From a virus (taxonomy: Duplodnaviria > Caudoviricetes), in IMG/VR virus record IMGVR_UViG_3300030372_004852, positions 1 to 33,095 of that record: a stretch of DNA of 33,095 bases. One strand, written 5' to 3'. Positions 8,458 through 15,342 of this stretch are shown here, piece by piece. The position numbers and the translations under genes were made by a program. The notes under the pieces were generated by a model. It was given only the letters and a program-made list of their open reading frames with translations. It ran no database searches and was not told the DNA's origin. Numbering within the stretch: position 1 is the stretch's first letter; the number at the start of each line of letters is the position of its first letter.

Positions 8458-8751
8458 CTAGCTCTCATTTGTTAGTTTATTAATTATTTTCACAGCGTTT
8501 AGGCAAGCGTTTCTGTATCCTATGTCGTATGCTATTACTTCGCCGTCGTTACTTGTGTCCCAATTTTCTATATCAAAATTCCCATTTTCATCGCCGTAGT
8601 CTTCAGCTAGCTTTTCCTCTATGTCTGTAGTTAGTTCCCCTAGTTTATTTATAAACGAATTCTTAAAAGCTTGTTTTAACAAGTTCTTTTTTGACACCAT
8701 TTCGTCTATTATCTCTTCTAGGTATTCGGGATTTTCTCTAAAAATGCTCAT
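8458..8751 (-). CDS. Hypothetical acidic protein
   Basis: Start moved to ATG 8751 (AAGGAG RBS). Confidence 0.65.
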   Translation of the reverse strand: MSIFRENPEYLEEIIDEMVSKKNLLKQAFKNSFINKLGELTTDIEEKLAEDYGDENGNFDIENWDTSNDGEVIAYDIGYRNACLNAVKIINKLTNES

Positions 8752-8761
8752 TTTTACTCCT

Positions 8762-8989
8762 TTAGATAAGTTCCATTGCTTTTTTGTATAACTCTCCAAC
8801 TATACCGCATTGTATTAACCTTTGGCTGTGTAAATAATGCGCTCTATCCACACTTATTTCGCCATCTTGATAAAAGTTTTCGGGTGCATAGTCGGGCATT
8901 ATTATTGTTTCTATTTGCTTTTTTGTTAATCTTCTGTGGTCGATTCCAACTTCTGCAAGAAGTTTTTTATAATAGTCGCTTAATTTCAT
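8762..8989 (-). CDS. Hypothetical phage protein
   Basis: AAGGA RBS; APENFYQDGEIS motif. Confidence 0.7.
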   Translation of the reverse strand: MKLSDYYKKLLAEVGIDHRRLTKKQIETIIMPDYAPENFYQDGEISVDRAHYLHSQRLIQCGIVGELYKKAMELI

Positions 8990-8990
8990 G

Positions 8991-9167
8991 CTATTCCTTT
9001 ATGTAAAATGTTTTAGGGTCTAGGTTGTTTTTTATTATGTCCACGATAGCTACATCATTTAGATTGAAACAATGTTTGCAAGAAAGAATACCACCTTGCA
9101 ATCCTACGCTATCAATAAAACGATAATCTTTTATTTTTATTTTGTGTTTAAAACATATATGGCACAT
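8991..9167 (-). CDS. Small Zn-finger protein (58 aa, not in ORF track)
   Basis: AAGGAG RBS; MCHICFKHK...LSCKHCFNL...; fills the intergenic gap. Confidence 0.65.
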   Translation of the reverse strand: MCHICFKHKIKIKDYRFIDSVGLQGGILSCKHCFNLNDVAIVDIIKNNLDPKTFYIKE

Positions 9168-9184
9168 ATTATCTCCTTTAATGG

Positions 9185-9931
9185 TTAATAAAGCCTAACT
9201 CGCTTTGCATCAGAGCATTTATAGTTGTAAATATCTTCAATCGCTCTGTTCGCATCTACAATATTCCTTATAAGCCTCAAATTTCTTATTAATTCGACTG
9301 GTTTTTGACTTAGCTTAGACATAAATCGCTTGTAGTTAAAATTGGGCGCTTTAAAAAGCTTTAACATTGCATATACAAACGCTCTATGTTTCCATCCATC
9401 GTAATATTCCCTACAAGCTCTAAGTCTCATTGCATTTTCTCTAGCTAGCTCAAAGTCTTTTACTTCAAGTGCGCCGTCATAAAACATTTGACTCATAAAC
9501 TTTTGGTCGCTTGTGTGGTCTGCAAGAATTGTAAGGGATATAGAGTGTCCAAATCCGTATTCTCTTCTGAAGATTAAATATTTTTTATAAGCACCATATC
9601 CTTCGGATTTAAAGGATTCTGCATAGTCAATTTCGCTCCAAGTTTTATTGTCTTTATTTAATCGCTTAACGTCTTCAATAGTCAATCCATTTATAACGAT
9701 ATAATAAACGGGTAGCTTGAGATTTTTAATTGCCTCAAATCTATTTTGTCCATCTGCTATCTCGTTTTTTTCATTTACAACAATAGGTACTGCATATTGT
9801 TTTTCGCTCATGCTCTTCATAAGCCTATGCACATGAGCCTCATATACGGTTCTGTTGTGTTCCATCTTTTGAAAAATAGAGTAATCATTTGTCATATAAA
9901 CCGTATTTGCAACTTGTTTTGTTTTTTGCAT
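9185..9931 (-). CDS. ParB/Srx N-terminal-like domain protein
   Basis: HNRTV...HVHRLMKSM...PIVVNEKNEIADGQNRFEAIKNLKLPV matches the ParB-N DGxxR motif. Confidence 0.75.
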   Translation of the reverse strand: MQKTKQVANTVYMTNDYSIFQKMEHNRTVYEAHVHRLMKSMSEKQYAVPIVVNEKNEIADGQNRFEAIKNLKLPVYYIVINGLTIEDVKRLNKDNKTWSEIDYAESFKSEGYGAYKKYLIFRREYGFGHSISLTILADHTSDQKFMSQMFYDGALEVKDFELARENAMRLRACREYYDGWKHRAFVYAMLKLFKAPNFNYKRFMSKLSQKPVELIRNLRLIRNIVDANRAIEDIYNYKCSDAKRVRLY

Positions 9932-9988
9932 ACTATATTTCCTTTATGTTTAGGGGTTTGGGGGCGGAAACCATGAAACCGCCCCCAT

Positions 9989-10011
9989 AAAAACCAGGTA
10001 TTTCTACCTGG
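9989..10011 (-). terminator. Intrinsic terminator after PC4-like gene, followed by a second GC hairpin (9959-9987)
   Basis: Minus strand CCAGGTA-GAAA-TACCTGG-TTTTT, then TGGGGGCGG...CCGCCCCCA. Confidence 0.65.
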
Positions 10012-10025
10012 GGTAGCGTGCTAGC

Positions 10026-10244
10026 TTATGCTTCGCCTTTGTGGTCTTCAAGTTCAAGTAATCCCTGTACTATGTCACCTGTGATTCCGAGGTCGAATGC
10101 TAAGCCTTTTTTCGTAGGAATAAACTCTTCTTTATCTTTTGGTTTCGTCCATACTCGTATCTGTCCAAAGGTTTTATCGTTTACAGTATCTTTTGTGATT
10201 AAGATTTTAGTTGTTTCTGAGATGTTTACTTCGTGAAGTGTCAT
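10026..10244 (-). CDS. PC4/YdbC-like ssDNA-binding protein
   Basis: KILITKDTVNDKTFGQIRVW...EFIPTKKGLAF matches the PC4 (p15) family pattern IRxW...PTKKGI. Confidence 0.75.
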   Translation of the reverse strand: MTLHEVNISETTKILITKDTVNDKTFGQIRVWTKPKDKEEFIPTKKGLAFDLGITGDIVQGLLELEDHKGEA

Positions 10245-10273
10245 TTTGACTCCTTGTTTGGTTGTTTTTGGTT

Positions 10274-10738
10274 CTAGGCTTTGCCTATTGTTTGGTTACT
10301 AAGCATTAATTCTTTCATCGTGTCTTCGTCTATGTCTTTGGGTAGGTCTATTGGCTTGCCTACCGCTACCTCTATATGTTGTGTGCCGTCGCCATCTGTT
10401 TTTGTATTTACTCGCATTTCCATGTCTTCGGGGATGGCTTTCATCGCCCTTGCTAGTCTTGTCGCATCAAATTTTGCAGTTCCTCTCTTCTGATTGTCTA
10501 TTTTTGTATGGATAGGGGAAATAAGTTCATCTACTTCAGCGGTTATTGTGCTAGCTATCTTTATTCTGTTCTCGATAGGTAAAACGTCTAGGGGTATGCT
10601 TGCTATTGCCCTTGCAAAACAATTTAAAAGTATATTGCTTGGTGTGGCTAATGTGTCATGGAAGATTTCTTCAATCTCGTTATTGCCCTCTGTGAGCAGT
10701 TTAATTCGTTGGATTAGTTTTTTAATATGGTCTTTCAT
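10274..10738 (-). CDS. Hypothetical protein
   Basis: GAGGT RBS downstream of hairpin H2. Confidence 0.7.
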   Translation of the reverse strand: MKDHIKKLIQRIKLLTEGNNEIEEIFHDTLATPSNILLNCFARAIASIPLDVLPIENRIKIASTITAEVDELISPIHTKIDNQKRGTAKFDATRLARAMKAIPEDMEMRVNTKTDGDGTQHIEVAVGKPIDLPKDIDEDTMKELMLSNQTIGKA

Positions 10739-10765
10739 TCGCTACCTCGTTGGTTGTTTTATTTA

Positions 10766-10806
10766 ATTAATTATTACTTTCACTAAAAGCTCAAGTAATA
10801 ATTAAT
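10766..10806 (-). repeat. Conserved-loop hairpin H2
   Basis: Minus strand ATTAATTATTACTT-GAGCTTTTAGTGA-AAGTAATAATTAAT (14-bp perfect stem). Confidence 0.85.
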
Positions 10807-10822
10807 AAATGTTTTTGGTTTT

Positions 10823-11107
10823 TCACACTTCCCAATCGGTTATAATCGTTATAGCATCTCTAGTGCCATATTGCTCTAGCCTATGCTGTTCTACGTTCTC
10901 TTGAAATGTTTTCTTATTATTAAAATATTTTGTTATTTCATCGGCAAATTCATAGTCTTTATTAGGCTCACCGTTAATAGTCATTTTCTGCTTTTCGCTA
11001 CAATTTCCACATATAGCTGTGCCACCTACTAGCACACCGCCAAATGTATCTGCTCCTTCGTTGCAAAAGTCACACACTACAAAGTTTTCGGTTCTAATTA
11101 CGGTCAC
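10823..11107 (-). CDS. Zn-finger hypothetical protein
   Basis: AAGGAG RBS with GTG start; CDFC...CGNC. Confidence 0.7.
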   Translation of the reverse strand: MTVIRTENFVVCDFCNEGADTFGGVLVGGTAICGNCSEKQKMTINGEPNKDYEFADEITKYFNNKKTFQENVEQHRLEQYGTRDAITIITDWEV

Positions 11108-11125
11108 TTCTACTCCTTTTATTTA

Positions 11126-11166
11126 ATTAATTATTACTTTCACTAAAGTTTTAAGTAATAATTAAT
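11126..11166 (-). repeat. Conserved-loop hairpin H3
   Basis: Minus strand ATTAATTATTACTT-AAAACTTTAGTGA-AAGTAATAATTAAT; includes the upstream stop codon. Confidence 0.85.
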
Positions 11167-11407
11167 AAATACTTTCAAATTCTGATTTGGTTAAGCACTC
11201 TTCATGTACTCTAGTGTATTCGTCTACCCAAATATCGTCATCTAAGGGTATAGGTTTATCACATCTGTCACATTCGTAGCATTGACATACAGCGCACATA
11301 TACCCCTCGTATTTTTTTGTGCTAGCAGGGATTCTGTTTACATATAAACCACTTCCCCAACTTGTGTCCCTATAACAAAAGACACAGTGATTTTTAATAT
11401 CTATCAT
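11162..11407 (-). CDS. Cys-rich Zn-binding hypothetical protein
   Basis: CVFC...CAVCQCYECDRC...HEEC. Confidence 0.7.
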   Translation of the reverse strand: MIDIKNHCVFCYRDTSWGSGLYVNRIPASTKKYEGYMCAVCQCYECDRCDKPIPLDDDIWVDEYTRVHEECLTKSEFESIY

Positions 11408-11409
11408 AA

Positions 11410-12312
11410 TTACCCCCTAAACCAATGTGGTTTGTTTGCTAGTTTTTGAAGTGTTTGTGCTAGACCGTCGATAGCTTCGTCGGTTGATTTACAGAATCGT
11501 TGTTCTACCGTATGAAGTAGATTTAACTCTCGTTTGTATACATCTGTGGTTTCGCATTGATACCCCATAGATGAATCGCTATCGTATCTTTTATCGAGTA
11601 ACCCAAACATATAGTCACGAAACAATCCCGAATGCCCTGCGCTCATTAGCCTATGTATATCTAATGGCTCGTTAGACATTTTAATCGGTATGGATATTCC
11701 GAGATAGCGCCAATCTCTCTCGCCACTATAGTTGACAAAATTGTAAGCTAGCACCTCGACGGCGTACCCCATTTTAGTTAGGACGTCACTAATCAAAGCT
11801 AGCGTGGCTCCAAGTCTCGCAAAATCGCTCTCTTTATGTTTCCAAGAGATAGCCATGTTCATTCCAATACGAACATTCATGCGCTGTGATTTTCTTTCGG
11901 TAGTAGACCAATATTGGTCTTGTCCGCCCATAAGTCTAGCCATGCTTAAATCGTCGCCATCGTCTCTCACTACGCGCTTTCTTTTGCATGATAAACCCTT
12001 GCCTACAAATTTGGATATTCTCGAATCCATATCCATCTCAGAGCGCAGTTTTTGGTATAGTCGAATAATATAATCCGATGATTGACCAATGGTTAAGGCT
12101 CTTTTTAGGTTATGTCTACCGACAACGTATTTTCCATAAGTCCACTCTTCGCGCTCAGAGTCTTTTTCGCCGACTCTATCGAATAAGTATTTATTTTCAT
12201 GGACACACTTCAGCATAGTTCTCATATCTGGCATGTGCATTATTGCATGCTTACCTTCAAATTCATCGTCGATAATTTTCGGTTCAAGTATTTCTTTATA
12301 TAATTCGCTCAT
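11410..12312 (-). CDS. vWA-like (CobT-like) partner of AAA+ ATPase
   Basis: Stop/start overlap with the ATPase; DDGDDLSMARLMGG then VRIGMNMAISW...GATLALISDVLTKMGYAVEV, a vWA-like topology with a degenerate MIDAS. Confidence 0.55.
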   Translation of the reverse strand: MSELYKEILEPKIIDDEFEGKHAIMHMPDMRTMLKCVHENKYLFDRVGEKDSEREEWTYGKYVVGRHNLKRALTIGQSSDYIIRLYQKLRSEMDMDSRISKFVGKGLSCKRKRVVRDDGDDLSMARLMGGQDQYWSTTERKSQRMNVRIGMNMAISWKHKESDFARLGATLALISDVLTKMGYAVEVLAYNFVNYSGERDWRYLGISIPIKMSNEPLDIHRLMSAGHSGLFRDYMFGLLDKRYDSDSSMGYQCETTDVYKRELNLLHTVEQRFCKSTDEAIDGLAQTLQKLANKPHWFRG

Positions 12313-13514
12313 TATTTATATTCCCTTTTTAGTTCTCTGATATTGACCTTATCAAGTTCCTCTTTCGTCCATCCCGTAGTTATAATGTCGAGTAACTTGC
12401 TGTTATTTTTTCCTGCTAGCATCCATTTTTGACCGTCGAGAAAAAGCCTTGTGCTAATCGTACGTCTCACATGATTCTTGTCACATCTATCTCGAAGGCT
12501 CCAAAGACAATCTGCCATATTTGTATAATCTCCTGCGAGCGCTCTTTCGATGTTTTTATCATAGTCGACATAAACCTTGACAGCTTGCAATCTATCTAGC
12601 GTAGCTAGGTCTAGTTGACCTCTGCCTGCAAAATTGAAGTCGTTACCGTCACCCCATGTATTACTCGCTACAGCTACATGAAAATCGTCATGCTTTCTAG
12701 CAAATGGATTTTCTTTATCGTTTGGAGTCGCTAAAACACCTTGATTATCTAGCACACTATTAAATACTAGACCTGCATTTGCATCGAATCCGTCAAATTC
12801 GTCCAAACATAGAAAGCTACCATCTCGAAATGCTCTTGATACCGACCCATCAATAAATGTACCGTCAAATGTCATTCTACCCGTCATATGTGACTCAGTA
12901 ACTCCTGCGCTACCTTTTAGGTACTCGTAGTTACTCTGATTGGTCGAAAATCCCAATGCTCTAGCACACTGTTCAATCAAATGGGACTTACCAGTCCCAC
13001 TCGGACCACATAACCAAACTCTTTTAAAGAGTTTCAAGCATTCTAGCACAAATGGAAACTGCTTATGTTTAAGACCCGACACATTCTTTACTTCGACGTC
13101 TTCGATAAATACTTTTATAGGTCGCTGTAAAGAGTTGATTTTCTTATCTACCTTATCGGATAGCTTTTCGGTCTCGCTACCAAAGGCTTTAATTAAATCG
13201 CCCTCTACTTTAGATACTCTGTTGTATATCCCATCCCCTAGTTTTTCTGCTACCTTGTCGGCTAGCATATCCTCTAAGCTACCTGTACCAGCCGAAGGCT
13301 GCGGTGTGCTAGCTCCTGGTGTGGGCGTCGGTGTCGGTGTTGGTTTTGGTGTTTGTTTTGGCTGAGTACCGTCAACTAAGAAAGTTATCAGTTCATCTTT
13401 ATGAAATGATTGCACCCAAGATGATTTAATGCCGTCTTGCTTGCATTTTGCCATAGCTAGCTTTTTTACTCTTTTGTGTGCCATAGCATTTAGTTCGTTA
13501 TACGAATAATTCAT
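12312..13514 (-). CDS. MoxR/CbbQ/CobS-like AAA+ ATPase with N-terminal domain and Pro/Thr linker
   Basis: Walker A GPSGTGKS, Walker B LCLDEFD, AVASNTWG, GRGQLDLATLDRL, ISTR sensor 2. Confidence 0.85.
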   Translation of the reverse strand: MNYSYNELNAMAHKRVKKLAMAKCKQDGIKSSWVQSFHKDELITFLVDGTQPKQTPKPTPTPTPTPGASTPQPSAGTGSLEDMLADKVAEKLGDGIYNRVSKVEGDLIKAFGSETEKLSDKVDKKINSLQRPIKVFIEDVEVKNVSGLKHKQFPFVLECLKLFKRVWLCGPSGTGKSHLIEQCARALGFSTNQSNYEYLKGSAGVTESHMTGRMTFDGTFIDGSVSRAFRDGSFLCLDEFDGFDANAGLVFNSVLDNQGVLATPNDKENPFARKHDDFHVAVASNTWGDGNDFNFAGRGQLDLATLDRLQAVKVYVDYDKNIERALAGDYTNMADCLWSLRDRCDKNHVRRTISTRLFLDGQKWMLAGKNNSKLLDIITTGWTKEELDKVNIRELKREYK

Positions 13515-13561
13515 GGTTTTCCTTTTGCCGATTTCGGCGATTGTTGTTGGTTGTTTTATTT

Positions 13562-13607
13562 TATTATTTCTAGCTTTTTCACTAAAGTTTCAAAGCTAGA
13601 AATAATA
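13562..13607 (-). repeat. Conserved-loop hairpin H4
   Basis: Minus strand TATTATTTCTAGCTTT-GAAACTTTAGTGAA-AAAGCTAGAAATAATA (16-bp perfect stem). Confidence 0.85.
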
Positions 13608-13721
13608 TTAAAGGGTGACTCTCAGCATTTGCAGAGCAAGTCCTAAAATCACCCATAGCACGAGAATAAATCCGAATAAATCGGATTCTAGAAAGTTTAC
13701 TACGCGTTCTAATAGTTTCAT
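13608..13721 (-). CDS. Single-pass membrane peptide (37 aa, not in ORF track)
   Basis: MKLLERVVNFLESDLFGFILVLWVILGLALQMLRVTL; ATGA overlap with the upstream gene, and the stop abuts H4. Confidence 0.65.
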   Translation of the reverse strand: MKLLERVVNFLESDLFGFILVLWVILGLALQMLRVTL

Positions 13722-13996
13722 GCTTGTTCCTTTTTTGCTAAATATTCTTTATATCTCTTGATAGTCTCGGTTGCATAGTCCTTGCCATAATCGTGCTTTA
13801 GGTAAGATATATCTCCCGACATATACTGACTAGGCTCTTTGCCATATACAATGGCAAATGATTGGTGTTTACTGCCATCTTTCCAAGTCTCTTCAAATAT
13901 GCCTAAGTCATATTTGCGACCATTTTCACTAATAAATCCTCCTAGCGGAATACAATAACTCCACATACTATGATTTTTGCCATGATAAAATTCCAT
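13718..13996 (-). CDS. Hypothetical protein
   Basis: AAGGAG RBS immediately after hairpin H5. Confidence 0.75.
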   Translation of the reverse strand: MEFYHGKNHSMWSYCIPLGGFISENGRKYDLGIFEETWKDGSKHQSFAIVYGKEPSQYMSGDISYLKHDYGKDYATETIKRYKEYLAKKEQA

Positions 13997-14009
13997 TTTG
14001 TTCTCCTTT

Positions 14010-14056
14010 TAAGGTTTCTAGCTTTTTCACTTACGTTTCAAAGCTAGAAAACCTTA
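14010..14056 (-). repeat. Conserved-loop hairpin H5
   Basis: Minus strand TAAGGTTTTCTAGCTTT-GAAACGTAAGTGAA-AAAGCTAGAAACCTTA (16 bp, one bulge). Confidence 0.85.
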
Positions 14057-14070
14057 GTTATTGGTTGTTT

Positions 14071-14736
14071 TTATAGATTGGTTGGGTAAATAGTATTTAT
14101 TGGGTCGTAATAAAGAGATTCGCCGTCGTACTTTTCAGAAAAGTAATCTGAATTTCCATTATCGTCGACAATGTTACCATCAAGACTCCATTGTAAAGGA
14201 TGTTTTTTATGTTCAAGGAATACTATTTGCTGACCTTGTTCATTTATTACTGACCATACTAAAAATGGTGGTAAATGGCTATCTATAAAGGTAATGGAAT
14301 CATCAAGATAAAATTCGTCGGCTTTTATTCCCCATGTCAAACTCTTTCGGATATTGATTTTTGTTTCCATATCATTAACGTAGTTACCTTCATCATCATG
14401 GCTGTCTAGATGATTTTCTAGCAAGATACTTGCTAGCTTATAAAGAGCCGTCCCTTCTTTAATGTGATACCGACCATCATCACCAAAGAAAACATCTTTT
14501 TTGAGTCTTTCTTTGGTTCTTTTTTCGTCGGCAAAGGTTGTTAGAACCCTATCAAATCCTTCACATACTTCAAATCTCAAAGAGATTTCTACTCCATGAG
14601 GGTGTTCTTCATCCATAAAGATGAATGGCTTTTGTTTTTTCATTCTCTCTATTTCGTTCATTTGGGTGTTTACTCCATTTCGACGGCTATGGTTATTATT
14701 CTTGCTAGGGTGTTCTATGCCGTCACTATAGGACAT
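14071..14736 (-). CDS. Hypothetical acidic protein (start uncertain)
   Basis: Long ORF in the early operon; no recognisable motif. Confidence 0.65.
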   Translation of the reverse strand: MSYSDGIEHPSKNNNHSRRNGVNTQMNEIERMKKQKPFIFMDEEHPHGVEISLRFEVCEGFDRVLTTFADEKRTKERLKKDVFFGDDGRYHIKEGTALYKLASILLENHLDSHDDEGNYVNDMETKINIRKSLTWGIKADEFYLDDSITFIDSHLPPFLVWSVINEQGQQIVFLEHKKHPLQWSLDGNIVDDNGNSDYFSEKYDGESLYYDPINTIYPTNL

Positions 14737-14812
14737 GCTAGCATTTTAGGGTGTTTAGGGTGTAGTCATAAGACTACTCCCTAGCTACTCCATGAGGGTA
14801 TTTTTCCCTCGG

Positions 14813-14853
14813 TTTATGGCGAGGCTATAGCGAGGCTATAGCTTGGCTATAGA
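14813..14853. repeat. Iteron-like cluster A: GCTATAGC palindromes at 11-bp period
   Basis: GCTATAGC 14824 and 14835, GCTATAGA 14846, degenerate TTTATGGC 14813. Confidence 0.75.
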
Positions 14854-14910
14854 ACCCTAGCTAGGACTCGAACCTAGCTATCCCAAAGGGATAGACCCCT
14901 GTCTAGGGTT
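14853..14910 (-). ncRNA. 58-nt tRNA-like element lacking D-stem and variable loop
   Basis: AACCCTAG-ACAGGGGT-CTATCCC TTT GGGATAG-CTAGG TTCGAGT CCTAG-CTAGGGTT: perfect acceptor-like stem, canonical T-arm and anticodon-like stem. Confidence 0.65.
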
Positions 14911-14941
14911 GGTTTTCGTTGTGTATCTCGTCGGTTACAGT

Positions 14942-15283
14942 CTACGCGTTGAGATGACTCCAACGCGTGTTACCGTCGGAACTTTCGTCGATGGTAAAGC
15001 CGTTAGACAGCGCGCTAATCATCGCGTAGTCTTGCGGGTTCGGTAGGTCGGATTCCTCTCGACGTTCTAACTCAGCTTCGAAGTCGTAGACCGCGCTTAA
15101 TTTCGCACGGTCTTGCGCGTTCTGGACAAAGCTAGCTAGCTCTGGTTGGCGAAAGTGTTCCTCATACGCGAGAAGAGCTTGCTCTTCTTCGTGCGTAGGA
15201 ATATCTACGCGTACTGTTCCTGCTTGGGTGTTTACGTCGTTACGGTTAACAACTTCGTTGTTAGGTGTGTATGGATGTATCAT
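14942..15283 (-). CDS. First gene of leftward early operon, acidic hypothetical protein
   Basis: AAGGAG RBS at 15293-15298; GC- and CpG-richer than the rest of the window. Confidence 0.65.
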   Translation of the reverse strand: MIHPYTPNNEVVNRNDVNTQAGTVRVDIPTHEEEQALLAYEEHFRQPELASFVQNAQDRAKLSAVYDFEAELERREESDLPNPQDYAMISALSNGFTIDESSDGNTRWSHLNA

Positions 15284-15319
15284 TTGGGTATTCTCCTTCG
15301 CGAAGGGTGTCCTTCGCGT

Positions 15320-15342
15320 ATTATATCATGCGTCAACATGAT
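15320..15342 (-). promoter_or_regulatory. Putative extended -10 promoter for the early operon with overlapping inverted repeat
   Basis: Minus strand TGaTATAAT at 15328-15320; TCATG-n6-CATGA overlaps it; palindrome CCTTCGCGAAGG overlaps the RBS. Confidence 0.55.

Noticed and set aside
13300-13365. GGTGT-like tandem repeats
   Set aside because: Explained by the Pro/Thr linker codons of the AAA+ ATPase.
13612-13690. Structured ncRNA leader upstream of the ATPase
   Set aside because: Better explained by the 37-aa membrane-peptide ORF; the short stems may be incidental.
10757-14056. Hairpin repeats as a CRISPR array or integron attC sites
   Set aside because: Spacing is gene-sized and irregular, no cas genes are present, and there are no RYYYAAC/GTTRRRY boxes or attC-type extrahelical bases.
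14853-14910. Canonical tRNA-Lys(UUU) gene
   Set aside because: No D-stem, variable loop, U8, U33 or CCA; reported as a tRNA-like element instead.
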